Positions 48,878 through 58,346 of a stretch of 64,000 nucleotides of DNA are shown here, piece after piece. Position numbers and translations under genes: made by a program. Under the pieces are notes generated by a model. It had not been told where the DNA came from and searched no databases. It saw only the letters and a list, made by a program, of their open reading frames with translations. Source of the DNA: an uncultured virus (IMG/VR IMGVR_UViG_3300027782_003801) (Duplodnaviria; Heunggongvirae; Uroviricota; Caudoviricetes); the IMG/VR virus record IMGVR_UViG_3300027782_003801; one strand, written 5' to 3'. Each line of letters begins with the position of its first letter. Position 1 is the stretch's first letter.

Positions 48878-49372
48878 ATGGAAAAAGTTTTGTTTACTAA
48901 AGAAGAATGTGAAACAATTTTAGAATATACAAAAGAAAAAGAAGGGTTACCCTCCAACCCATCTTATAAAAAATCAGATTATTTAGCTTGGTATATCTAT
49001 CGAGATGAAAAAACAGAATGGATATTCCAAAGAATATTTAAATATTTAAAGGATTTTGTAAGTCTAAACAAAGAATTAGATGTGTTGTTTTTACAAAGTG
49101 TTAAAATAGGAAATAAATTTGAAAGGCACGTAGATGTTAGTAATTATTTTAATGTGGGAGTTTCTTTAAACGATGATTATGAAGGTGGTGAATTGTATGT
49201 AGAAGATTCAAACTATGTGATAGAAAAAAAACAAGGTAATATTTATTTTTTTGAAGGATTTAAACCTCACGGAATATCCGAAGTTATTACTGGACAGAGA
49301 TTTACTATAGTTGGTTTTTTTAAGATTGGAGATTTGAATTTTAATAAAACATTTGATTCTAAATTAATTTAA
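48878..49372 (+). CDS. 2OG-Fe(II) oxygenase
   Basis: HVD, LNDDYEGGEL, PHGI..V..GQRFTIV. Confidence 0.85.
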   Translation: MEKVLFTKEECETILEYTKEKEGLPSNPSYKKSDYLAWYIYRDEKTEWIFQRIFKYLKDFVSLNKELDVLFLQSVKIGNKFERHVDVSNYFNVGVSLNDDYEGGELYVEDSNYVIEKKQGNIYFFEGFKPHGISEVITGQRFTIVGFFKIGDLNFNKTFDSKLI

Positions 49373-49375
49373 TAA

Positions 49376-49885
49376 ATGAATGAAATAAAGAAAAATATAC
49401 TAACCGATAGTGATATTGATTTAATACAAAATTGTTATAGAAACGGAATCGAAAATAATGGCGATGGTATTAATAATACTTTCAAAATGAATATGTTTAG
49501 TAGAATAACATGTACAGGAAAAGAAATATTTTTTTGTGATTTAAAAAATGAAAATTTATTGCAAATTGTTAAAAAATATATATTATTAGAAAAAAATGAA
49601 TTTATTGATTCGATACATCATATAACATATGGAATTGGTGAATATACATTACCACATTATGACGCACACCCAAATAATACATTTTCAAGTAAAACATATT
49701 TATTTTTATTATCTGATACATTTGAAGGGGGCGGATTGTTTTTAAACAAAACTCTTGTTGAATTTAACAAATCTGATATAATTGTATTTGATGCATCGGT
49801 TTTACATGAAGTAAAACCCATAAAAACCGGATTAAGGGAAGTTTTAGTTATTTGGGTTAGGAAAAATAAAAAAAACATATTATAG
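49376..49885 (+). CDS. 2OG-Fe(II) oxygenase
   Basis: PHYD, L..TFEGGGL, LHEVKPI..G.REVLV. Confidence 0.85.
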   Translation: MNEIKKNILTDSDIDLIQNCYRNGIENNGDGINNTFKMNMFSRITCTGKEIFFCDLKNENLLQIVKKYILLEKNEFIDSIHHITYGIGEYTLPHYDAHPNNTFSSKTYLFLLSDTFEGGGLFLNKTLVEFNKSDIIVFDASVLHEVKPIKTGLREVLVIWVRKNKKNIL

Positions 49886-49887
49886 AT

Positions 49888-50403
49888 ATGGATTCCATTA
49901 TACAATATAAAATCACAAAAGATATGTTTATTAAAATTAAACATAAAGATTGTTACAAATTAAAATATGTCGATTTAAATAATTACGTTGATTATGTTGA
50001 TGATTTTAAAATTATAATTGATTTACTAGATAGACAATTAAAATGGGACGGTATTCCGACATTAGAACAATGTTATAAAAGATTTATTTCAAATTCATTT
50101 TGTTTATTATTTTATTATAATAACAAATGTATTGGGTGGAATTGGGGAAATCAAAATGTAACAAAAAATTGGATTGATATTGATAAAACTTTAGATAAAA
50201 ATGAATTATATTTGGGTGGTTGTTTTGTTTCTAAATTAGTTGAAAGGCCGTCAGACGCTGGAATTCAAAACTATAACATGTTTTTTGATTATTGTTTGAA
50301 TGTATTAAACCCAAACACAATGTACGGATATTGTGATAGTTGGAATAAAGCGGCAATACGAATAAACTTAAGTAATGGGTGGAAAAATTTTAATCTAATA
50401 TGA
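49888..50403 (+). CDS. GNAT-like acyltransferase
   Basis: IGWNW, YLGGCFVS, Y.D.WN.AAIR....NGW resemble GNAT motifs A/B. Confidence 0.5.
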   Translation: MDSIIQYKITKDMFIKIKHKDCYKLKYVDLNNYVDYVDDFKIIIDLLDRQLKWDGIPTLEQCYKRFISNSFCLLFYYNNKCIGWNWGNQNVTKNWIDIDKTLDKNELYLGGCFVSKLVERPSDAGIQNYNMFFDYCLNVLNPNTMYGYCDSWNKAAIRINLSNGWKNFNLI

Positions 50404-51242
50404 AACACTTAACTAACGATATTTTAAAATGTAGAAATAATTTAGACGAATTAAATTTTGAAAAAAATAATACCTATTCCTTTATACCGTGCGATAGTGA
50501 AGAACTTTTTAATAAAAATTTAGAAAGAGAGAATAGAAATTATAGCCTATTGTATTATTTAAAAAATCCGATAAAATATAGTTTAAATAACGAAGGATTT
50601 AGAACACCTGATGATTTTAATTCGGAAGATGAAGGTAATGTTTATTTAGGGTGTTCACATACTTTTGGGATTGGTCATCATTTAGAAAATACATGGTCAT
50701 ATAAGTTAAATCAACAGATTGGTGGAAAATTTTGGAATTTATCAGTCGGAGGAACTGGTGTGGCAACACATTTTAGATTATTATTTGGGTATTATAAAGA
50801 ATTAAAAATTAAAAATATATTTCATTATGCTCCAAAATACCCTAGATATGAATTTATTATAAATAAAACACCTATAAATTTTATAATTTCAAATTATAAC
50901 AAAAATTGGTTAAATCAATTCGGAGATTTAATGGAAACTTGTCTATTAACAGATGAACAATGTGAATATAATTGGATAACATATACGAATGCCATTAGAG
51001 GTATTGCTTCAGAAATTGGATGTAATTATTATTTAATTGACGGATGTGATAAATGGGACGGAAGAAATGACAAATCATTATTGGCTAGAGATATTATACA
51101 TCACACTACATTACTTCAACACATGGTGTTTAAAGATTTTCTAAAAATGTATAACCCAAAAATGATAGATAATATTGAAAACGACTTATCGGTTTTTGAT
51201 ATAGAAAAATTTTTTAGTTCAGATAAAAAAACATTACTATAG
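50400..51242 (+). CDS. SGNH-like protein
   Basis: Y.LN..GFR, LGCSHTFG, WNLSVGG, ARD..H. Confidence 0.65.
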   Translation: MKHLTNDILKCRNNLDELNFEKNNTYSFIPCDSEELFNKNLERENRNYSLLYYLKNPIKYSLNNEGFRTPDDFNSEDEGNVYLGCSHTFGIGHHLENTWSYKLNQQIGGKFWNLSVGGTGVATHFRLLFGYYKELKIKNIFHYAPKYPRYEFIINKTPINFIISNYNKNWLNQFGDLMETCLLTDEQCEYNWITYTNAIRGIASEIGCNYYLIDGCDKWDGRNDKSLLARDIIHHTTLLQHMVFKDFLKMYNPKMIDNIENDLSVFDIEKFFSSDKKTLL

Positions 51243-52388
51243 AATTTTTTTAATTTGATTAGAATCGAGAAATTTCAAAAATGACGGTTTCTTTTTATTA
51301 ATGAATAAATTATGATTGTGAATTAAGATGTCTTCCATTTCATTTAACATAATACATAACTCATCATCTGTTTTATTACATATGAAGTTAAGAATGCCGA
51401 TTATTTTATTTACTCTTAATAAATTATTTTTTTCATCGTCATAACTTTCATCCCACCACCTGTCAAATGTTTTATAACCCATTTCTTTTAATTTTTTCAA
51501 TGAATAGGGACTACCAAATATAATAAAAGGTTGACACGTGTAAATTGGTTTGAATGTTTTTTCGGTTAGAAAAACAATGTCTTTATTTATTATTGATTCA
51601 GTTACCAAATATAAAAATGTTTTTTTTATAATATTAACATCTAAAACCGAACCTAAATTCTTTGATTTATCAAAATCATCAAACGACCATGAAGTTTTGT
51701 TGTTAATAAAAAAATCATTTATTAATTTATTCTTTTTATTATCTATATTAAATTCTATTTTATAATTAAAATATTTTTGATTATTTTGTAAACTAATATA
51801 TGAATTATTAAAAACCTCATTATTATGAAATATTTCGTAAAAAATATATTTTCTTTGACTTCTAGATATTCTATTATAACAAATTATTTTTTTTTCAAAG
51901 AATTTTTTGTTTCTATTTATCTCGATAAAAAAATCTAATGTAATATTTTCACTAAATTTATTAATGAAGGTGGGAACATCTTCAAATAGACAGTAAGGTA
52001 TAAATTCACAATTAACATAGTCATATTTTTTTTTAACATTTAAATCTCCCGTTAAAACCTTAAAATTATTATAATTAAAATTATATTTTTTTATAAGATA
52101 ATTTATAAAAATTAAAAAAAAACCATCCGTTGGACCCGAACATTCATCCGAAGCATTTAAAATAACAACACATTTTTTTTTAATAATTAAATTAATTATT
52201 GATTCGTCAATTAGAATATCATCATATAAAAATTCGTTTTCTTTATTGGATGATAATACTAAATTAATTACATAATAAAAATTTAAATCACTATCGATTA
52301 TTTCGGTAAGTTCCTTTTTATTTAAGAAGGCCGAATCGATTGAAAACCCTTTTTGGTTATTAGGTATGTAAAAAAACATTTTATCCAT
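51237..52388 (-). CDS. GT10-like family protein, paralogue 7
   Basis: YNRISRSQR; LVTES..FLTEKTFKPI..QPFIIFG..LKEMGYKTFDRWWDESYD. Confidence 0.6.
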   Translation of the reverse strand: MDKMFFYIPNNQKGFSIDSAFLNKKELTEIIDSDLNFYYVINLVLSSNKENEFLYDDILIDESIINLIIKKKCVVILNASDECSGPTDGFFLIFINYLIKKYNFNYNNFKVLTGDLNVKKKYDYVNCEFIPYCLFEDVPTFINKFSENITLDFFIEINRNKKFFEKKIICYNRISRSQRKYIFYEIFHNNEVFNNSYISLQNNQKYFNYKIEFNIDNKKNKLINDFFINNKTSWSFDDFDKSKNLGSVLDVNIIKKTFLYLVTESIINKDIVFLTEKTFKPIYTCQPFIIFGSPYSLKKLKEMGYKTFDRWWDESYDDEKNNLLRVNKIIGILNFICNKTDDELCIMLNEMEDILIHNHNLFINKKKPSFLKFLDSNQIKKIL

Positions 52389-52440
52389 AATATTAAATAT
52401 TTACTTTAAATTTTAGCTTATTTTCATTATATTATGTGTA

Positions 52441-55437
52441 ATGAAAATACTTGCACATACATGTTTTATTGGAGTAACAGGATACGCTAACCACGCGAAG
52501 TCCTTTTTTTGTGCTCTGAACAAATACCACACAGTTAAAGTTAGAAACTCAACCATAGGTAGTGGTTGGAAGGGAATGAATAACACACCTCACGATGATG
52601 AACCTTACATCACTGATGAGATGAAAGATATGTTAATCTTACAAACCCTTATCAATAGTGACGGTAGCAGATCTCACTTACCAATATACGGTTATAAGAA
52701 TGACTTTAAACCTGACGTTCATATTGTATTGGTTGATATGAACAACTATTATTTCCACGAGAATTATGAGGGTTACAAGATAGCATTTAATGTATGGGAA
52801 TCCACAAGATATCCACAAGATTTTTTTAAGAGATTAATGTACTTTGATGAGGTATGGGTACCGACACAATGGCAGTTTGATTGTTTGGTTGAACAAGGGT
52901 ATCCAAAATCTAAAATATCAGTAGTTCCAGAGGGAGTTGACGTGGAAACATTTAAACCGTTAAATAAGACACCAAAGAAGGATAAATTTAGATTCTTACA
53001 CTTTGGTAGATGGGATTATAGAAAAGGAACAACAGAGGTTTTAAGGACATTTGGTGAGGTTTTTAAAGGTAGAACTGATGTTGAGTTAATTGCGTCAGTT
53101 GAAAACCCATACGCGTACGATGGGTTGAAAACAACAGAAGATAGGGTTAAATTCCACAACATCAACGATGAGAATATAAAGTTTATTAAGTTCACACCGA
53201 GAGAAGAATATGTGAAGTATCTACAAGAGGGTGATTCATTTGTTACCTGTGCTCGTAGTGAAGGATGGAACTTACCATTGATTGAGGCTATGGCTTGTGG
53301 AACACCATCAATTTACTCTAATTGGGGAGGTCAATTAGAATTCGCTGAAGGTAATGGTATTCCCGTTAAGATAGATGGTTTAAGACCTGCGAATGTGGAA
53401 CATAAAAATTTTCCCGGTGAATATTGTGAACCAGATTGGAAAGATTTGGGAAAACAAATGTTAAATGTGGTTGAAAAATATAAAAATAATAAATTAATAG
53501 CATTACAAGAATCCAAACAAATCCACGAGGATTTCAATTGGGATAAAATAGCAAAAACAGCATCAGAAATATTAATGGAAAAGAAAACAATTAGAGAAGA
53601 TGATTTTTATAAATCAGAAAAATTCTACACCGATGTAGATGTGTTAGAAAACTTAGGTGATATTAAAGATTACCAAGGAGGAACCATTGAGGTTGCGAAT
53701 AAGTTTGGTTGGCCAAGAGCTATTTACCATGAAATTTTTAATTTAAAAGATTATTATAAGTTTCCTAACCAAGATAAAAGAATTTATGACGGAGATGTAG
53801 TAGTAGATTTGGGTGGAAACATCGGAATATTCAATAGATGGGCGTATAGTCAAGGTGCGTCTAAAGTAATATCATTCGAACCCGATAGGAGATACTTTGA
53901 ATTACTATCAAAAAATGCTGACCCTCGTTCAATTTTATTTAACGGTGCAGTTGCCGATGAGGTAGGTGAAATGATATTATCGGAAACAGGACATCTTGGT
54001 GGATCAACATTACTTGAAACAAAAGAAGTAACAAACACATATACAGTTAAAACATATACATTAGATTATTTGTTTGAAACGGGTGTGGTAAATAAAATTG
54101 ATTTTTTAAAAATAGATATTGAAGGTGCGGAACATCACGCATTTGTGGGTATATCCGACGAGAATTTGTTAAAAGTTAGAAACGTGGCGATGGAATATCA
54201 CCATAACCTATTAGGACATAATGTGGAATTAAGAGAAAGTTTAATTCAAAGAATGACAAAATTAGGATTCTCAAATTACACACTATATATGGGAGAACAT
54301 GAGAACTTACAAATGTTATATTTTGAAAGGAAGGTTTCATCAAATAGAAAATCCGTTATACATTTTGTTGACGGACCATTTGTTGAAATCAACGAAGATG
54401 CTCAACACCAATATAACGTTCAATTTATTAATGGAGACAATGGTAAAATAGTTTATGAAACTAATATCAAGAGTAATCATTGGACAAGAGCATCTAAAAA
54501 ATACTATGTTAATTGGATTGTTAAGATTAAAGGTATTGATAATGATTTTTATAGAGAGGAGAAATTTAATCCTGAAGGTCAAAGAATTATGATATGTTTT
54601 GAATCTAAATCTTTGGGAGATAGTTTAGCTTGGATGCCGTATGTTGAAGAGTTTAGAATTAAAAACAAGTGTCATGTTGTATGTTCAACATTTAAAAATG
54701 ATTTATTTAAAGGACAATATTCCGAAATTGAATTTGTTGAACCAGGAACAGGAGTTAATAATTTATATGGATTATATAGATTAGGGTTATTTTACGATGA
54801 TAATAGAACAATAAGATATGAAAATCACCCGACTAACCCTAAAGTGGAACCATTGGGTAAAATGGCTACCGATATATTAGGATTAGAATATGAAGAGATT
54901 AGACCTAAATTACCAACTTTTAGTGATAAGAAAAAGAAGAGAGTGTGTATAGCGGTTCATTCGACCTCACAATGTAAGTATTGGAATAATCGTACAGGAT
55001 GGCAACAAGTAGTAAATCACCTTAAAAGAAAAGGTTATGAGGTAAGATTGTTATCAAGAGAAGAGGACGGATATATGGGTAATAAGAACCCACAAGGAGT
55101 GGTACAACAAAAATCAGGACCGATTGAGAAGGTAATTCAGGTATTAGAAGAATCTGAATTGTTTATTGGTATTGGTAGTGGTTTAAGTTGGTTGGCATGG
55201 TCTGTGGGTATTCCTTGTGTTATTATTTCAGGTTTTAGTGAGGAATATAGTGAACCAACAATAGGAGTTTCAAGAATTATTAATAAGGATGTTTGTCATG
55301 GATGTTGGAATGTTTATGATTTTAACCCTGGTGATTGGAACTGGTGCCCTGTAAATAAAGGTACACCACAACAGTTTGAGTGTTCAAAATCGATAACGGG
55401 TGAAGATGTAATAAAAGAAATTGATAAATTAATATAA
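52441..55437 (+). CDS. Tri-domain GT4 + FkbM methyltransferase + Aah/TibC-like protein O-heptosyltransferase
   Basis: RSEGWNLPLIEAMACG (GT4); DLGGNIG, FEP, LKIDIEGAE (FkbM); SLGDSLAW, KYWNN..GWQ, GSGLSWLAW, CHGCWN..WCP..FEC (TibC family). Confidence 0.85.
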   Translation: MKILAHTCFIGVTGYANHAKSFFCALNKYHTVKVRNSTIGSGWKGMNNTPHDDEPYITDEMKDMLILQTLINSDGSRSHLPIYGYKNDFKPDVHIVLVDMNNYYFHENYEGYKIAFNVWESTRYPQDFFKRLMYFDEVWVPTQWQFDCLVEQGYPKSKISVVPEGVDVETFKPLNKTPKKDKFRFLHFGRWDYRKGTTEVLRTFGEVFKGRTDVELIASVENPYAYDGLKTTEDRVKFHNINDENIKFIKFTPREEYVKYLQEGDSFVTCARSEGWNLPLIEAMACGTPSIYSNWGGQLEFAEGNGIPVKIDGLRPANVEHKNFPGEYCEPDWKDLGKQMLNVVEKYKNNKLIALQESKQIHEDFNWDKIAKTASEILMEKKTIREDDFYKSEKFYTDVDVLENLGDIKDYQGGTIEVANKFGWPRAIYHEIFNLKDYYKFPNQDKRIYDGDVVVDLGGNIGIFNRWAYSQGASKVISFEPDRRYFELLSKNADPRSILFNGAVADEVGEMILSETGHLGGSTLLETKEVTNTYTVKTYTLDYLFETGVVNKIDFLKIDIEGAEHHAFVGISDENLLKVRNVAMEYHHNLLGHNVELRESLIQRMTKLGFSNYTLYMGEHENLQMLYFERKVSSNRKSVIHFVDGPFVEINEDAQHQYNVQFINGDNGKIVYETNIKSNHWTRASKKYYVNWIVKIKGIDNDFYREEKFNPEGQRIMICFESKSLGDSLAWMPYVEEFRIKNKCHVVCSTFKNDLFKGQYSEIEFVEPGTGVNNLYGLYRLGLFYDDNRTIRYENHPTNPKVEPLGKMATDILGLEYEEIRPKLPTFSDKKKKRVCIAVHSTSQCKYWNNRTGWQQVVNHLKRKGYEVRLLSREEDGYMGNKNPQGVVQQKSGPIEKVIQVLEESELFIGIGSGLSWLAWSVGIPCVIISGFSEEYSEPTIGVSRIINKDVCHGCWNVYDFNPGDWNWCPVNKGTPQQFECSKSITGEDVIKEIDKLI

Positions 55438-55503
55438 AAATCTATAGATTTATTTCACAAATGTGATTTGTAAAGTATTTATTAGGGTATAACAATATAA
55501 CCT

Positions 55504-57564
55504 ATGAAAATATTTGACGCAAACATCTCGGGATCACTAAACGTATCGGGCGCAGCTCGTTTCTTTGGAGATCTTACGGTAGACGGAACAATAAACGCCA
55601 CCATCAGTGGTACAACCTCAAACGCCTTAACCTTAAACACAACAGGTTCAGCTCGTTTTGCAACCACAGGTAGTAACCTATTCACCGCAAATCAGACAAT
55701 TAGTGGATCAATAATCCCCGCTGTTAACAACACTTACGATTTAGGTAGTCCAACACATTGGTGGAAGGATATCTACGTATCAACAGGATCCATCTTTATT
55801 GGTGGAATTAAAGCTATCAGTACAAACTCTGATGGTACAATACAAGTAGGTGCTCAAGTTGTACAAACTTCAGCGAGTTTGGCTTCAGTAGGTCTTGCAG
55901 TTCCCGCAACAGGTTCAGCTGGATCAAGTCAAATAGTAGGTAGTCAATCTATTACAGGTAGTCAATCCATCACAGGTAGTTTGACAGTTAGTGGTAGTTT
56001 AGGTGTGACTGGTTCATTGTTCATTAATGGAACATCATATACTGCGGCTTCTTCAGGTACAAGTGGTTCATCAGGTTCTAACGGAACCAACGGTTCTTCA
56101 GGAACTAGTGGTTCTAACGGAACCAACGGTTCATCAGGTTCTTCAGGAACTAGTGGTTCTAACGGAACCAACGGTTCATCAGGTTCTTCAGGAACTAGTG
56201 GTTCTAACGGAACAAACGGTTCTTCAGGAACTTCAGGTTCTAACGGAACAAACGGTTCATCAGGTTCATCAGGTTCTAATGGAACAAATGGTTCATCAGG
56301 TTCTAATGGAACAAATGGTTCATCAGGTTCTAATGGAACAAATGGTTCATCAGGTTCTAATGGAACAAATGGTTCTTCAGGGTCTAGCGGATCTAACGGA
56401 ACAAACGGTTCTTCAGGAACTTCAGGTTCTAATGGAACAAATGGTTCTTCAGGGTCTAGTGGTTCTAACGGAACCAACGGTTCTTCAGGAACTTCAATAA
56501 CAACATCAGGTACTAACAATAAAGTAGTTAAATTTACTTCTGCATCAACTGTGGGCGACTCATCAATAACTGATGACGGAACAACAGTTACTATTAATGC
56601 TAATTTAATGGTATCAGGTACAACTACAACAATCAATTCAACAACACTTGCAATTGGTGATAATATAATTGAACTTAATGGTTCAGGTGCTGTAAATGGT
56701 GGTATAGTTGTTAGAGACGCAACCGCAGCATCATTAGTATCAGGTTCGTTATTATGGAATACAACTACTGATAAGTGGATAGCGGGTCCTTTAGGGTCTG
56801 AGATTGAAATTGATACTATTAGTGGAACACAAACACTTACAAACAAAACAATTAGTGGTGGTTCAAATACTTTAACTAACATTGCAAATGGTTCATTAAC
56901 TAACTCATCTGTAACTGTAACCGCAGGAACGGGTATGAGTGGTGGTGGAGCGGTTGCTTTAGGTTCATCGGTAACATTAACCAACGCGGGTGTAACTTCA
57001 TTAACTACAAATACAGGTTTAAGTTCAAACGTAAGTGCAACAGGTGCGGTTACGGTTACAAACGCAGGTGTAACATCAAACGTAGCAGGTACGGGTGTAT
57101 CGGTAAGTGCAGGTACAGGAGCGGTAACAATCTCAATCGGTCAAGCGGTGGCAACTGGTTCTACCGTACAATTTGCTAACGTAGGTATAACAACAGGTTT
57201 AGGTGTGGGAACAGCAGCACCTGCAACTGTAGGTTTGATTAGAGCAACAAATGACGTTATCGCATATTATGTTTCAGATGAAAGATTAAAAGAGAATTTT
57301 GAAAACATTACAAATCCTTTAGAAAAGTTAAAACAAATCAACGGTTATACATATGATTGGATTCCAATGGTTGGAGTTCACGAAAATGAAGGTCATGATG
57401 TAGGTGTTAAAGCTCAAGAAATTGAAGCGGTTTTACCTGAGATTGTAACAACAAGAGAAAATGGTTATAAAGCCGTTAAATACGATAGATTGGTTGCTTT
57501 GTTAATTGAAACAAACAAAGAGTTATTAAATCGTATTGAAGCTTTAGAAGAGAAAATTAAATAA
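55504..57564 (+). CDS. Tail fibre with Gly-X-Y tract and C-terminal peptidase S74 intramolecular chaperone
   Basis: SDERLKEN..., GVKAQEIEAVLPEIV, YDRLVALLIE..L..RIEALE. Confidence 0.9.
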   Translation: MKIFDANISGSLNVSGAARFFGDLTVDGTINATISGTTSNALTLNTTGSARFATTGSNLFTANQTISGSIIPAVNNTYDLGSPTHWWKDIYVSTGSIFIGGIKAISTNSDGTIQVGAQVVQTSASLASVGLAVPATGSAGSSQIVGSQSITGSQSITGSLTVSGSLGVTGSLFINGTSYTAASSGTSGSSGSNGTNGSSGTSGSNGTNGSSGSSGTSGSNGTNGSSGSSGTSGSNGTNGSSGTSGSNGTNGSSGSSGSNGTNGSSGSNGTNGSSGSNGTNGSSGSNGTNGSSGSSGSNGTNGSSGTSGSNGTNGSSGSSGSNGTNGSSGTSITTSGTNNKVVKFTSASTVGDSSITDDGTTVTINANLMVSGTTTTINSTTLAIGDNIIELNGSGAVNGGIVVRDATAASLVSGSLLWNTTTDKWIAGPLGSEIEIDTISGTQTLTNKTISGGSNTLTNIANGSLTNSSVTVTAGTGMSGGGAVALGSSVTLTNAGVTSLTTNTGLSSNVSATGAVTVTNAGVTSNVAGTGVSVSAGTGAVTISIGQAVATGSTVQFANVGITTGLGVGTAAPATVGLIRATNDVIAYYVSDERLKENFENITNPLEKLKQINGYTYDWIPMVGVHENEGHDVGVKAQEIEAVLPEIVTTRENGYKAVKYDRLVALLIETNKELLNRIEALEEKIK
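56263..56370 (+). repeat. Four perfect tandem copies of a 27-nt unit within the fibre repeat
   Basis: GGTTCATCAGGTTCTAATGGAACAAAT x4, encoding GSSGSNGTN. Confidence 0.9.
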
Positions 57565-57576
57565 TTAAAATAAATT

Positions 57577-57613
57577 AATACTCACCACGTCCTAAAAAAA
57601 TGTGGTGAGTATT
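57577..57613 (+). terminator. Hairpin after the fibre gene, overlapping a TATTTAT element
   Basis: AATACTCACCACGT-loop-ATGTGGTGAGTATT. Confidence 0.6.
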
Positions 57614-57646
57614 TATAACAAAGAACTTAGTTAAAAGAAATATATC

Positions 57647-57865
57647 ATGGGTACAGTACCAGCAACGGGAACCGAAGTAAGTATGGGAAGAATTAGTGTA
57701 GTTTTAGGATTAGCATCTACACCAGGTGAAGTACAAGTAGGTCTAAACTCAACTTTAGGTGTTGGTCGTAACCGTTCATATTCTAACTTGGCTAGTATCC
57801 CAAGCGGATCACAAACTTTAGAATCATCAGATTTTGGTGGTATATCAGGATCAGGAACCTATTAA
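57647..57865 (+). CDS. Small virion protein
   Basis: P.TG..VSMG.I...SDFGG pattern of small ORFs that follow S74 fibres. Confidence 0.55.
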   Translation: MGTVPATGTEVSMGRISVVLGLASTPGEVQVGLNSTLGVGRNRSYSNLASIPSGSQTLESSDFGGISGSGTY

Positions 57866-57902
57866 ATTTACATTTTCAATTTTTTTTATTATATTATAGT
57901 GT

Positions 57903-58346
57903 ATGAAATTACATTATAAGAAATCCCCCTCCAAATACGAATTACAATACGTTAAATGGAATGGTATTAATTTTGATAGGGACAAACTCATTAAGTTTGT
58001 TAAACGTCTTAATTTAACTTATCTATTGTCATTTATACCGCATTACAGACAGGAATATCAAATACTTAATGAAATATATGATTCATACGATAAAGTTCGT
58101 ATGGATGGTTTATTAAATAACGATGAGAACATATTAAGGATGTGTTTTATTGAAAAATGGGCGAGAATTGCTGCGGTGGATATCCTTCTTACAAATGTGT
58201 ACTCAAGATTAACTTTCACAACAATTAGTAATTTACCAATTAAAGATTACCAACTTCTAATGAAAAGGGTTGAAGAAATGGTTGATACTGGTAGAAAAAC
58301 AACATATCAAAGTAATAAAATAACAGATAACATACCAGGTCAATGA
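57903..58346 (+). CDS. Hypothetical protein
   Basis: Clean ORF preceded by TATATTAT; coupled to the next gene. Confidence 0.6.
   Translation: MKLHYKKSPSKYELQYVKWNGINFDRDKLIKFVKRLNLTYLLSFIPHYRQEYQILNEIYDSYDKVRMDGLLNNDENILRMCFIEKWARIAAVDILLTNVYSRLTFTTISNLPIKDYQLLMKRVEEMVDTGRKTTYQSNKITDNIPGQ

Noticed and set aside
55420..55437. EIDKLI end of 52441 (and YFKNLI of 26983) as further cases of the C-terminal tag
   Set aside because: They may simply be the terminal helix of their own folds, so they were not counted as independent evidence
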